Positions 43,856 through 54,617 of a stretch of DNA of 64,000 nt are shown piece after piece. Position 1 is the first letter of the stretch. Each line of letters opens with the position of its first letter. Location of the stretch: assembly GCA_964421015.1 (NCBI GenBank), contig CAYQUS010000007.1, positions 23,551-87,550 of the forward strand. Direction: 5' to 3'. A model generated the notes under the pieces. That model ran no database searches and was not told where the DNA came from. It saw only the letters and a list, made by a program, of their open reading frames with translations. Both the position numbers and the translations under genes were made by a program. This DNA comes from an uncultured Planctomycetia bacterium. Lineage in GTDB: Bacteria; Omnitrophota; Gorgyraeia; Tantalellales; Tantalellaceae.

Positions 43856-45734
43856 TTCGAAGCTCCATAGGTATGAGGGCGTTCAGGTCTTCAACCGTTC
43901 CCTTGTCCAGGCAACAGGAAATGATCTTTCTGCCTAACGGATCCATTTCCGGCATCAAATAGGCCTGCAGGTTTTTCTCGAAAAACCTGTACAGTATCTC
44001 CTGCCCCTTATCATAAGCCTCTACCCCGACTTCGCTCTGACGCTCAACCGAGAAGAAGAAATCCGGTATCTGCACGCCCTCAACAACGACCCTCGCCGGC
44101 GTGTATCCCAGAAGCGGACACCGCGCGCTCTTAAGCTGGTCCTTTCGGAACTTCGCCGCGCCGCGGCGCGCGAAATACTCGCGCGTTACCCACTGCGGCA
44201 TAAACCCCACCTCCCAGCAACCTACGTTCTGATTGGGAAGCAGCAGATATTTTGTATGAGCCGTGTTCAGTATCTGCCTTAGAAGAAGATTGGCATGCTT
44301 TACATATCTTCCTGTGGCAAAAGGCCAGTACGACCCTACTCCTTCGCTGGCGAGAACGTCCTCGTCGAGCACGCTGGGGTTAGCGTGCCCCCTGGGCGAA
44401 ACCAGGCGCCACAGCCATGCCAGGGCCGGAGAAAGCACATGGAACAATCCCACTATCCCGTATGTCGGGGATTTCTCCGAGCAAAGCGGCGTCCTTATAC
44501 CGAAACTCCGGAAATCTATCTCGACCTGTCCATCCACCACCGAAGGCATAAGCCTCCTGGGAAGTATGACCCTCGGATTAGGACAAGTCTTACCCGGAGC
44601 GTCCTCTGTATGTTCCCAGATAAGCACCGTGGATTTCGGCGACCCTTCGATGTTAAGGAACAAAAGCGGTTCTTTGGGATGCACGCATATCCTTTCCAAA
44701 AACGGATCCGTGCCGTAATCACGTATATGGTTCACTCTCAGGAACCAGGCGTTCTCGGCGTCCGAAACGGTCAATTTCTGGCTCTTGATGCTCTTCTCGT
44801 TATCGACCAGCGCCATGTCATCCGTGACCGGCCGCAGCGAACATGTCTGATTGATGTTGACGGTAAATATCTTATCGTTGATCTTATTCCTCCCAAGAAG
44901 CAATCGGCCGTCATCCTCTCTGTGGGGATACTCCAGCATCTCGCTTTTCCCGCTTCCGCTGGCGCCTTCATGCAAAAATGTGGTGACATTCTCATAAGGC
45001 GTTACCACCTGCACGGTGGAGGCATGCAGGGTAAGCCAGTCCTCATCTTCTCCTTTCTGAAGAAGGACACCGTACATTCCTTTTTTAGCGCTCGGCCCAG
45101 GATAAAGGTTGTACGAAAATATCTCATGCGCCTTTTTCTCCCGGTTATGCACTACTATCTGCCTGCCGTTAAAATGCGTGTGCCTGAAAGGCGGCGCAAG
45201 GTAAAGGATCGAAGAAGGATCAAACTTATCCCCCAGCTCCTTTATATCCAGAAAAACCTGGAGATCGCATAACCCTCCCACAAAGAACCCAGCGTTAGCG
45301 GGGGCTATTATAAGCCCCTGGAGCCCCGTCTGAACTCCCCCGATATTTATACCGGCTATCAATAGCTCCTGCTTCTCGAGCCATAGAAAAGTCTCTTTTT
45401 TAAGCCCGGCGAAATCCTTTTTAAAAATATCCCTGAACCTGGGTTTATCCGTGGCGTTATCGTCCCCCACCACAAGGCAGTCTGGATCCCGGCGCCTCAT
45501 TTCTTTATCCAGATAATTTATCGCAAGGCCGTTCTTGCACCTGGCAACCACAGCTTCCTGTACTATCCTTCCGTCCGGCAACGCATACTCAACGGTAAAA
45601 ACATCTTTGCCTTTTCCTGAAGCCAGATCGAACAGTTCTCCACGGCTTCTAGCTACAGTAACGTTCGGAGCCGCGGAGAGCAGATTCTTGACCTCCTGAT
45701 CTATCTTCCACCCATCCCAAATATCTTTTCCCAT
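43845..45734 (-). CDS. hypothetical 629-aa protein with a Walker-A P-loop (HEGASGSGKSEM)
   Basis: Single clear P-loop resembling the HprK/PEPCK-type GxSGxGKSE. No confident family call. Overlaps the MFS gene start by 11 nt. Confidence 0.35.
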   Translation of the reverse strand: MGKDIWDGWKIDQEVKNLLSAAPNVTVARSRGELFDLASGKGKDVFTVEYALPDGRIVQEAVVARCKNGLAINYLDKEMRRRDPDCLVVGDDNATDKPRFRDIFKKDFAGLKKETFLWLEKQELLIAGINIGGVQTGLQGLIIAPANAGFFVGGLCDLQVFLDIKELGDKFDPSSILYLAPPFRHTHFNGRQIVVHNREKKAHEIFSYNLYPGPSAKKGMYGVLLQKGEDEDWLTLHASTVQVVTPYENVTTFLHEGASGSGKSEMLEYPHREDDGRLLLGRNKINDKIFTVNINQTCSLRPVTDDMALVDNEKSIKSQKLTVSDAENAWFLRVNHIRDYGTDPFLERICVHPKEPLLFLNIEGSPKSTVLIWEHTEDAPGKTCPNPRVILPRRLMPSVVDGQVEIDFRSFGIRTPLCSEKSPTYGIVGLFHVLSPALAWLWRLVSPRGHANPSVLDEDVLASEGVGSYWPFATGRYVKHANLLLRQILNTAHTKYLLLPNQNVGCWEVGFMPQWVTREYFARRGAAKFRKDQLKSARCPLLGYTPARVVVEGVQIPDFFFSVERQSEVGVEAYDKGQEILYRFFEKNLQAYLMPEMDPLGRKIISCCLDKGTVEDLNALIPMELRSDE

Positions 45735-45750
45735 AAGAATCTCCTGTAAG

Positions 45751-45794
45751 TAAAAAAGCCAGCATCCTTGCCCCTTGGGGCAATAATGCTGGCT
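45751..45794 (-). terminator. rho-independent terminator downstream of the DUF2294 gene
   Basis: Minus strand: 'agccagcat tattgccccaaggggcaagg atgctggct' followed by 'tttttact'. Confidence 0.6.
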
Positions 45795-45886
45795 TATTCG
45801 ACAACTACTCGGGGTTACTCCCCCAAGTCCTCGTCACAATCTACCAGTTAAAACTAACTGATTTCGTGAGTGATTATATCAGAAAA

Positions 45887-46261
45887 TCATTTCCTTTCAA
45901 GCTGATTTTCCAGATTCTTATCGAGGATAAAAACTATAACCCTCTCTCCCTTCTTGGTGCTTATATCGGTATGCATGCTGACTACCTGATGCCCCGTTAT
46001 CTCGAGCATAAGGTTTTCCAATATCTCCCTTGACCCCTCCAGAAGGCTCATCCTGACCTTTTTTATAAGCCCCGGCCCTTCGCTTGTTTTAGCCAACTGC
46101 TCCTCGGCTGGAGTCAATACTCCTTTAAGCCTCACAACTATCATATCGCCTAATATGTGTACCTTGCCTTCTTTAGGCCCCCTGCCCATGTGTTCTTTTT
46201 CGAATTTTATTACCGCGTCGCAGATGTCAGCCTCTATCTGTCCTTTTGTCTTCTCAGCCAT
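45887..46261 (-). CDS. DUF2294-family small protein
   Basis: 124 aa. MAEKTKGQIEADICDAVIKFEKEHMGRGPKE...MIVVRLKGVLTPAEEQLAK matches the conserved DUF2294 N-terminus. Confidence 0.55.
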   Translation of the reverse strand: MAEKTKGQIEADICDAVIKFEKEHMGRGPKEGKVHILGDMIVVRLKGVLTPAEEQLAKTSEGPGLIKKVRMSLLEGSREILENLMLEITGHQVVSMHTDISTKKGERVIVFILDKNLENQLERK

Positions 46262-46274
46262 TAGGCCATCTCCT

Positions 46275-46397
46275 TAGGGACGTTTTCGATTTTAAAGCTA
46301 GACCCGTCCCCATTTTTGATCTTAGACCTGTCCCCTCGACTGATTATATCCCTTTCTGCCGTATCTTCAAGATAATAAAATACTTGCGCGTAAAAAT
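46275..46397 (-). promoter_or_regulatory. conserved promoter + leader cassette (copy 2) directly upstream of the DUF2294 gene
   Basis: TTGAAG-16-TATAAT (plus 46341-46368), GGGACAGGTCT, then hairpin 'gggacgggtctagctttaaaatcgaaaacgtccc' and RBS AAGGAGA. Partial inverted copies of the GGGACARGTCY / 'agggacgttttc' motifs continue at 46411-46470, downstream of cysK. Confidence 0.55.
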
Positions 46398-46479
46398 ACT
46401 ATTCTCCAGATAGATCAGGGGACAGGTCCAGGTTCAATTCCGGGACAAGTCTGGGATTGTTTTTGAAAACGTCCCTGAA

Positions 46480-47403
46480 TTACTGGAACAGCCAAGTTGA
46501 TAAATACCTCTCCCCTGAACTTGGTAAAACTGTTACGATCGTCTTACCCTTTGACTCCGGTCTTGCCGCAACTTTAAGAGCGGCCCACATCGCGGCGCCG
46601 CTTGAGATCCCCCCTAAAATCCCATCGCTCTTCGCGAGGTTCCTAGTGGTCTCCCCGGCATGTTCGTGCTTAACGGTAATTATCTCGTCTATAACATCCC
46701 TATTAAGTACTCCCGGGACAAAACCCGCCCCTATTCCTTGTATCTTGTGAGGCCCCGGCTTCCCGCCTGAAAGCACAGGAGAGTCTTCCGGCTCAATACC
46801 TATTATTTTCACAGAAGGCTTCCGGCTTTTTAAAACCTCGCCGACGCCCGTTATTGTGCCTCCGGTTCCTATCCCCGAAATAAATATATCAACATTTCCA
46901 TCCGTATCCCGCCAGACCTCCTCGGCTGTAGTTCGCCTGTGAACTTCAGGGTTAGCCGGGTTATTGAACTGCTGAGGAACGTAACTGTTAGCCGTTGTTC
47001 TCCCAAGTTCCTCCGCTTTTTCAATGGCTCCCCTCATCCCCTTTGCACCTTCCGTCAATACTAGCTGGGCTCCGAGTATACTTAGAAGTTGGCGGCGCTC
47101 CACACTCATAGTATCTGGCATAGTAAGAATAAGACGGTAACCTTTGGCAGCGGCAATAAAAGCCAGAGCTATACCGGTATTCCCGCTGGTCGGTTCTATT
47201 ATCACGGAATCTTTGTTAAGTTTTCCCTCATTTTCCGCGGCTTCTATCATAGCCAAACCTATCCGGTCTTTAACGCTTGAAAGCGGATTAAAGAACTCAA
47301 GCTTAGCTAAAATAGCCGCGTCAAGACCTTCGGCCAGCTTGTTTATTTTTACAAGCGGCGTGCCGCCTATGGTCTTTGTGATGTTCTCGTGAATATTTTT
47401 CAT
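46480..47403 (-). CDS. cysK: cysteine synthase A (O-acetylserine sulfhydrylase)
   Basis: 307 aa. PLP-lysine region [25 protein letters not shown] and [10 protein letters not shown] motifs. Confidence 0.85.
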   Translation of the reverse strand: MKNIHENITKTIGGTPLVKINKLAEGLDAAILAKLEFFNPLSSVKDRIGLAMIEAAENEGKLNKDSVIIEPTSGNTGIALAFIAAAKGYRLILTMPDTMSVERRQLLSILGAQLVLTEGAKGMRGAIEKAEELGRTTANSYVPQQFNNPANPEVHRRTTAEEVWRDTDGNVDIFISGIGTGGTITGVGEVLKSRKPSVKIIGIEPEDSPVLSGGKPGPHKIQGIGAGFVPGVLNRDVIDEIITVKHEHAGETTRNLAKSDGILGGISSGAAMWAALKVAARPESKGKTIVTVLPSSGERYLSTWLFQ

Positions 47404-47414
47404 TTCCGTCCTCC

Positions 47415-48731
<1,317 letters not shown>

Positions 48732-48774
48732 TTATTTCAGTTAGTATTCTGTTCCGTTCGTAAAAAATTTCACG

Positions 48775-48966
48775 TTATATCCCGCCGCCGCCTTCAACTT
48801 TCCAGACATCTGTAAAACTTTGCTTTTGAGATGTCTCTATCTGCGTTATCCGGCTATTCCTTACGGTTATAACAACAGTTCCATACGCCAATTCGTTCAC
48901 CGCGTCCCTGATGTCTTTAACTATCGAATCATTGATAAGATTTTTCGTGTTTTCCCTTATTCCCAT
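48775..48966 (-). CDS. YezD/DUF2292-like small protein
   Basis: 63 aa. YGTVVITVRNSRITQIETSQKQ resembles the YezD core (YGSVxIxVxxGKVxQIE). RBS AAGGAGGG. Confidence 0.45.
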   Translation of the reverse strand: MGIRENTKNLINDSIVKDIRDAVNELAYGTVVITVRNSRITQIETSQKQSFTDVWKVEGGGGI

Positions 48967-48992
48967 TTTTCCCTCCTTTTAAAACTATCCTC

Positions 48993-49035
48993 AAAAAATA
49001 AAAAACCCGCTGATATATTTCACTCAAGCGGGTCG
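48993..49035 (-). terminator. terminator/attenuator hairpin between the Rrf2 regulator gene and the yezD-metY-cysK block
   Basis: Minus strand: 'acccgcttgagtgaaatatatcagcgggt' followed by 'tttttatttttt', about 30 nt upstream of the yezD RBS. Confidence 0.55.
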
Positions 49036-49164
49036 GTTTTCCTATTTTAATTAACCTTAAGAACCGGTTACATAGGCGTACCTCCGCTTCTGGGGCAACG
49101 CATACGCATCCCGTTCATAAGTTCAAAGTGACCGTTCAAATTCTTTAAAAGCATTTTCTTTCCT

Positions 49165-49605
49165 TTATATAGAGTATGTCAGGACCTTATCTTTTGACTT
49201 TGCTTCCTTCACAAGTTCATCTAAATTAACGTTATCGATTATATCTGCCGTCGCCATATAGACTTTTTCCCAAATTTTCCTGAGTACACAATTTTTTATG
49301 TCTTTACAATCGGCATATTTATCTTTAAGACACGCTATGGGTTCTATGGGCCCGTCAATATACCTTATCACTTCTCCTACCGATATTTCTTCCGGCTTCC
49401 GGGAAAGCATATATCCGCCGACATTCCCCCTGCGGCTCTCCACAAAGCCGCCTTTTTTAAGTTCAAGCAGCACATTTTCCAGAAACTTCACCGGCGCGTC
49501 TATCCTTCTGGCAATATCCCGGCTTGTAACAATTTCTGTTGCGTAATGTTCCGCCATATCCAGCATGGCTTTAAGAGCATAGTCACCTTTGTACGATATT
49601 CTCAT
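49165..49605 (-). CDS. Rrf2-family transcriptional regulator (CymR/IscR-like, with Cys cluster)
   Basis: MRISYKGDYALKAMLDMA... wHTH. Cys triad CLKDKYADCKDIKNC. Start taken at the second Met. Confidence 0.75.
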   Translation of the reverse strand: MRISYKGDYALKAMLDMAEHYATEIVTSRDIARRIDAPVKFLENVLLELKKGGFVESRRGNVGGYMLSRKPEEISVGEVIRYIDGPIEPIACLKDKYADCKDIKNCVLRKIWEKVYMATADIIDNVNLDELVKEAKSKDKVLTYSI

Positions 49606-49680
49606 TAACCTTCCCTTATGCAACTATTCCTATCTGATTAGTAGAGTATACTCGAATTTCAAATTTTGTCAATTGTTTTT

Positions 49681-50346
49681 TTATTGGGGGTCCTTCTGGG
49701 AAAGTTTAACCGAAAGTTTTTGTTTCTTCGCGGTGTTATTGTCCTCAAGCACGAAACGTATTTTGCCTTTTCCGCTCTTGATAATAGCCGCTTGTTCTTT
49801 GTTCAGTTTGAAAATACTTTTAAGGCCCTTTATCTCTCCCTTTGCCTGAGCCGCAAGGAGCCCAAGCCCCACGGTCATCCCAGCCTTATCTATACCCGTA
49901 GCTAAGGCGCTCCTGTCAGGATGCCCCGAAACGTTGCATACCCGCCCCGAAGAACACTCATTACCGTACATCTCATACTGCGTTCCTATAGCCGCGAACA
50001 CAAAGGCCGCCGGAAGCGCGAAAAGAGACTTTCTGTCGCCGTAGAAAACATTGTTAGATACCGGACGGACAAATTCCCCGCCCGCGTCAAGTTTGATATC
50101 GCTGATCTCCCATCTTCTTATGTCGGCACCTTTGCCTGTCGCTACCCCGGAGATTTCAACTTCCATTCCTTCCGGAGCTTCCTTATAAAGTATGCCGAAA
50201 TCGCAGGAGGTCTTCCCTTCCTTGGTATTGATATACTGCAGGTTTTCGTTTGTTTCACCTGCAAAAGCCGCGAAACATACAAGACAGATACAGAAAGTGA
50301 CAACAAGCGTCTTTTTCACATTTTCACTTCCTTGTTTTGGGGACAC
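49681..50346 (-). CDS. hypothetical secreted protein
   Basis: 221 aa. Signal-peptide-like KKTLVVTFCICLVCFAAFAG|ET. No family recognised; start codon uncertain. Confidence 0.35.
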   Translation of the reverse strand: MSPKQGSENVKKTLVVTFCICLVCFAAFAGETNENLQYINTKEGKTSCDFGILYKEAPEGMEVEISGVATGKGADIRRWEISDIKLDAGGEFVRPVSNNVFYGDRKSLFALPAAFVFAAIGTQYEMYGNECSSGRVCNVSGHPDRSALATGIDKAGMTVGLGLLAAQAKGEIKGLKSIFKLNKEQAAIIKSGKGKIRFVLEDNNTAKKQKLSVKLSQKDPQ

Positions 50347-50369
50347 GATACTTAATTATCATCGTGCTC

Positions 50370-51023
50370 TTAACTTTCGTCCGTGGTCATCCGGGTATCA
50401 GGTTTTGCGGCGGCGGAATTTTTTATGGTCTGTCCCAATTCACCCGTCAGCGCAAAATATATTTCCCTGCATATCCACGCGTCGGTAGCCGCGTACGCTA
50501 TCTGTTCGTCCGTAAGCTTGGGCGAGTCCCAACGGGATATCTTCGCCCGTTTGGATATCCTGAACCCGAAAAGAAGCGCGGCCAGGCCTCTCACTCCCTT
50601 ATTCTTTATCCCAAGTTTCGAGCTCATGTCCGCCAGTTCAACGAAAGATTCCGGGTTAAAAGAGAACATCGCTTCCAGCTTTTTAAGGTCATCACTCACT
50701 GCGACACCCGCCTTCAGAGAGTTCTTGTCGGACAGAATAGCGGCAAGCGGACCATAGGACGTAATATGCCTGAGCTGGAATATATAGACACTGCCGCTTC
50801 CGGCGAGCTGGACTAGAGAGGGCGGATAGGATTCGCCCGCCTTAAAAGCTGGCCTCGTTTCTGTGTCAAAACCCAGCACTTTTTCGCCGCGTAGACCCCG
50901 GACTGCCTCGTTCATCTTCTCATTTGAATCTATCACATGAATAGAACCAGTGTACGATTTAAGCGGCAGTAATGTTATCTCCTTTTTCGAGATGGTATGT
51001 TTATGTGATGAATGATGGGACAA
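50370..51023 (-). CDS. 3'-5' exonuclease (DEDDy, RNase D/WRN-exo-like)
   Basis: Exo I GFDTETRP, Exo III YAATDAW. Start appears to be TTG with an AAGGA RBS 6 nt upstream. Confidence 0.65.
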   Translation of the reverse strand: MSHHSSHKHTISKKEITLLPLKSYTGSIHVIDSNEKMNEAVRGLRGEKVLGFDTETRPAFKAGESYPPSLVQLAGSGSVYIFQLRHITSYGPLAAILSDKNSLKAGVAVSDDLKKLEAMFSFNPESFVELADMSSKLGIKNKGVRGLAALLFGFRISKRAKISRWDSPKLTDEQIAYAATDAWICREIYFALTGELGQTIKNSAAAKPDTRMTTDES

Positions 51024-51049
51024 ATCAGTCCTTAGTTTAAGATTTCCTT

Positions 51050-51084
51050 AGGGACGTTTTCAATTTTAACCCCAGACCCGTCCC
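51050..51084 (-). promoter_or_regulatory. third (truncated) copy of the AGGGACG...CGTCCCT leader hairpin, upstream of the exonuclease RBS
   Basis: 'agggacgttttcaattttaaccccagacccgtccc' between the P-II-like gene stop and the exonuclease start. Confidence 0.5.
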
Positions 51085-51092
51085 GAAAATTG

Positions 51093-51383
51093 TCAGCTCA
51101 TTTGCTCGATATTCCACACAAAGGCTTTTATGCCTTCCTTGCCGAGTCTTTTTCGAAGTTCTTTTACGCAGCAGAGTATACGCGACACGTCGATCTCCTC
51201 GCAAGCCACATAAAGAACGTTGTTCCTCCCGGGCCATATATCGTCTCCCGAATGTATTCCCGAGGTATTGCCCTTGCCGAAAGCCCCCAGCACTTTCGTG
51301 TAATTCTTCATAGCGCAATTCCCGAGGATCTCCATTACCTCCATGTCTATGGCCTCGTTATAGGCTATCATCACCATCTTCAA
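51093..51383 (-). CDS. small P-II-like fold protein (DUF3240-like; hypothetical)
   Basis: 96 aa. MKMVMIAYNEAIDMEVMEIL...GAFGKG...KAFVWNIEQ suggests a beta-alpha-beta-beta-alpha-beta GlnB-like fold. Immediately downstream of the RND pump gene. Confidence 0.35.
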   Translation of the reverse strand: MKMVMIAYNEAIDMEVMEILGNCAMKNYTKVLGAFGKGNTSGIHSGDDIWPGRNNVLYVACEEIDVSRILCCVKELRKRLGKEGIKAFVWNIEQMS

Positions 51384-51401
51384 AGCGGCCTCCCTGCGTC
51401 G

Positions 51402-54400
51402 TCATCCTTTCATGTCGTATATTTTACGAGCTTTGAGTTTTTTCTCAAAAACAGAATACATCGTCGGCACAAAAAGCAGCGTTATGAGCGTCGACACCGT
51501 AAGCCCGCCTATCATGGTTATCCCCAGGGGCTGCCATGTTTCGGAACCTTCACCCCTCGAAAAGGCCAGCGGGAGAAGACCAACAAGCGTCGTTATAGTC
51601 GTCATAAGAACGGGCCTCAGCCTGTGCTTCCCGGCCAGGGTCACGGCGCCTATTATGTCGTTGCCTCTTGCCCTCAGTATGTTTATGTAACTTATAAGAA
51701 CTATGGCGTTATTCACAACTATACCCATGAGCATCACTATGCCTAGAAAAGATATAATGCTCAGCGTGGTGCCGGTAATGATAAAAGCCAGTATTACCCC
51801 GGTAAAAGTAAAAGGTATCGCGAACATAACTATAAAAGGATCAAGCAGTGACTCGAACTGCGCGGCCATTACCATGTAAACAAGAGCTATCCCGAGAAGA
51901 AGAAGGAATGTCAGATCCCTGAACGCTTTTCCCTGCTCTTCGGCCTCGCCGCCGAAATTTATCGTCACATCCGTCGGTAAAGGCAGATCGGCTATTTTTC
52001 TTTTAATGTCTTCTATTACCTTGCCCATTGAGCGTTTATATATGTTGCACTCAACATAAACCACCCTCTCGCGGTTAAGGCGTTCTATCTCTACCGGGCC
52101 GGACACTTCCTCTATATCCGCGATATTGGCCAGTTTTATAAGTTCTCCCGTGTACCGCCTTACCCTTTCTCCGGTAAAAGGCGATACGAATGTAAGCTGC
52201 TCGATATCTTCCGGGTTAGAGCGCGACTTCTCGTTCAGCCTGACATATATGTCGTATGTTTCGCCTTTTTCACGGTACTTGGTGGCACTGGATCCTTCCA
52301 TGTATGTCTTGATGCTGTCCGCTATTGTCCGCATGTTAAGCCCCAGGGCCGAGGCTTTCTCCCTGTCCACGTTTATCTCTATTTCAGGCTTGTCCATGTC
52401 CCGGGATATACTGGCGTCCACGGCCCCGGCGGTGTTATCCATTATATCTTTTATCTTTTCGGCCACGGCGTTAGTGTCTTCGAAAGAATTACCCACGACC
52501 TCCACCTGTATGCTTTTACCGCCCATACCCGTGATCATCCTGCCGATGGGGTTTCCCACCCCTATGTCCAGCTTTATAACGCCCGGGATCTCCGATATTT
52601 TTCTTCTAAGAACCTGGCCAACCTCGTTAACGGAACGTTTCCTCTGGGTTTTAGATACCAGTTTCATGCCTACCGAAATAACGTGAGACCCCGAAGACCT
52701 GTTCATTATGGCGCCCATGCCCCCTCGCGACTGGCCGCTGCGCACATAGGATGTCCTTATTTCCGGAACTTCCTTCTCAAGTATTTCCTCTATCCTGAGA
52801 GCCACTTTGTTGGACTCTTCCACCCTGGTACCCATGGGCAGGTTAACCGTTATCCGCAGGTCTCCCGTATCTTCTTCTGGAGCGAATTCATTGCCCACCA
52901 GCCTGGCCAAAAGAAGGCTCACTATAAACGCTCCCGTAAACCCGTATATGACCGTCTTTTTATGATCAAGACACCACGCGAGAACCCTGGAATAAGTATT
53001 TTCCGCCGCCTCGAAAGTCTTTTCGGAAAGTTCATAAAATTTAGCGAAAAAGTAACTGCGTCTGTCTTTAAGCCATTCCCAGCGGCTTAGACTTCCCGAA
53101 CCTGAATTTTCGGAAACTTCGTACACGGGTTTAGGCGTGTACCTTAAAAGCTTGGAACATAACATGGGGCTGAAGGTGACAGCTGTAAAAAGCGAACCTA
53201 TAAGAGTAGCCGTTATAATTACGGCCAGTTCCCCGAACATTATTCCCACCACTCCCGATATGAACATCATAGGGAGAAACACCACTACCGTGGTCAGCGT
53301 CGAGGCGGCTACCGCCAGGAATATCTCCGAAGTGCCGAATATAGCCGCTTCCTGGGGCCTCTTGCCGCTCTCGAGATGCCGGTACACATTGTCCACGACA
53401 ACGATAGCGTTATCCACCACCATCCCTATCGCGATGGTAAGAGATGAAAGGCTTATCGTGTTGATGGTCTTACCGCTCAGAAAAAGATATATGAACGCTA
53501 TAAGGATAGAGAACGGTATGGTAAGAGCTATTATAAGGCTGGACTTGAACTGCCTCAGGAAAAACCACACCACGATTATAACCAGGATACCGCCGGTCCA
53601 AACCGTAGACTTTAGTGAGTTAAGTGAGTTTACCACATCCTCGGACGTATCAAGTATTATGTTTATGTTAACGTCCGGCGGCAGGGTGGGCTTAAGTTCC
53701 TCAAGCTTCTTTTTTACGCGCATCGCCACTTCCACGCTGTTAGTCCCCGTCTGTTTCTGTATTATCATGATGATCCCGGGGTTCTTGTCGATGCGTATTA
53801 GCTCGTCCACTTCCTTAAAACCGTCCTCTACCGTAGCCACATCCTTAAGGTATACCAGCTTATCCTCGCGCCTTCCCAGGATAACTGTGTTGATCTCTTC
53901 CGGCGACGTAAACTCACCCGGAACTCTTAAAAGATAGTCGGTAAGCCCCGATTTTATGTTCCCCGCGGGCTGCGTGATGTTTTCAGCCTTCAGGACAGTC
54001 ATTAGGTCAAGTACGGAAAAACCGTATCCTTCAAGCCTCTGGCGGTCTATCCACACATTTATCTGTCTTTCAAGGCCTCCGTTAAGCTGTACTGTACCCA
54101 CGCCGGGAAGCTGCCTTACAGGGTCGCATACCCTCTTATCTATCATGTCGAAAAGTTCGGGATAACTTTCCTGGGCGGTAACCCCTACTACCTGTATGGG
54201 TATCATTGACGTATTGAATTTGAATATGAACGGCTGGTCCATCTCGTCGGGAATATCCGGCAAAAGCCTTTTAGCGCGGTCTATGCGGTCTCTTATGTCG
54301 TTTGAGGCCTCGTCCATGTTGGTGCCCCAGATGAACTTAAGAGAAAGCGTGGAGATCCCCTCGCGCGACCTCGACGTTATTTTTTCGACCCCCGGAGTGG

Positions 54401-54617
54401 TAGCCAGCTGGTTCTCAAGCACCTCGGTCACCTTGGCTTCCACATCCTCGGGGCTGGCTCCCGGGTACACCGAAACCACCGTTATGGCCGGAGGCTCTAT
54501 CTCAGGCATCATGTCTATCCCCAGCCGGGTAAGGCTGTAGAGGGCGAGGACCACTATCGCCGAAAAGATCATAAGATTTGTCATGGGGCGTCTTACCCCG
54601 AATGACGGAAGACTCAT
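51402..54617 (-). CDS. RND efflux transporter permease (AcrB/CzcA family)
   Basis: 1071 aa, 12 TM helices with two large periplasmic loops, characteristic RND length and topology. Confidence 0.9.
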   Translation of the reverse strand: MSLPSFGVRRPMTNLMIFSAIVVLALYSLTRLGIDMMPEIEPPAITVVSVYPGASPEDVEAKVTEVLENQLATTPGVEKITSRSREGISTLSLKFIWGTNMDEASNDIRDRIDRAKRLLPDIPDEMDQPFIFKFNTSMIPIQVVGVTAQESYPELFDMIDKRVCDPVRQLPGVGTVQLNGGLERQINVWIDRQRLEGYGFSVLDLMTVLKAENITQPAGNIKSGLTDYLLRVPGEFTSPEEINTVILGRREDKLVYLKDVATVEDGFKEVDELIRIDKNPGIIMIIQKQTGTNSVEVAMRVKKKLEELKPTLPPDVNINIILDTSEDVVNSLNSLKSTVWTGGILVIIVVWFFLRQFKSSLIIALTIPFSILIAFIYLFLSGKTINTISLSSLTIAIGMVVDNAIVVVDNVYRHLESGKRPQEAAIFGTSEIFLAVAASTLTTVVVFLPMMFISGVVGIMFGELAVIITATLIGSLFTAVTFSPMLCSKLLRYTPKPVYEVSENSGSGSLSRWEWLKDRRSYFFAKFYELSEKTFEAAENTYSRVLAWCLDHKKTVIYGFTGAFIVSLLLARLVGNEFAPEEDTGDLRITVNLPMGTRVEESNKVALRIEEILEKEVPEIRTSYVRSGQSRGGMGAIMNRSSGSHVISVGMKLVSKTQRKRSVNEVGQVLRRKISEIPGVIKLDIGVGNPIGRMITGMGGKSIQVEVVGNSFEDTNAVAEKIKDIMDNTAGAVDASISRDMDKPEIEINVDREKASALGLNMRTIADSIKTYMEGSSATKYREKGETYDIYVRLNEKSRSNPEDIEQLTFVSPFTGERVRRYTGELIKLANIADIEEVSGPVEIERLNRERVVYVECNIYKRSMGKVIEDIKRKIADLPLPTDVTINFGGEAEEQGKAFRDLTFLLLLGIALVYMVMAAQFESLLDPFIVMFAIPFTFTGVILAFIITGTTLSIISFLGIVMLMGIVVNNAIVLISYINILRARGNDIIGAVTLAGKHRLRPVLMTTITTLVGLLPLAFSRGEGSETWQPLGITMIGGLTVSTLITLLFVPTMYSVFEKKLKARKIYDMKG

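Noticed and set aside
49041-49164. Candidate S-box/T-box leader for the cys/met operon
   Set aside because: No match to the T-box 'AAnnnGGGTGGnACCGCG' or S-box conserved cores by eye. The Rrf2 regulator offers an adequate alternative.
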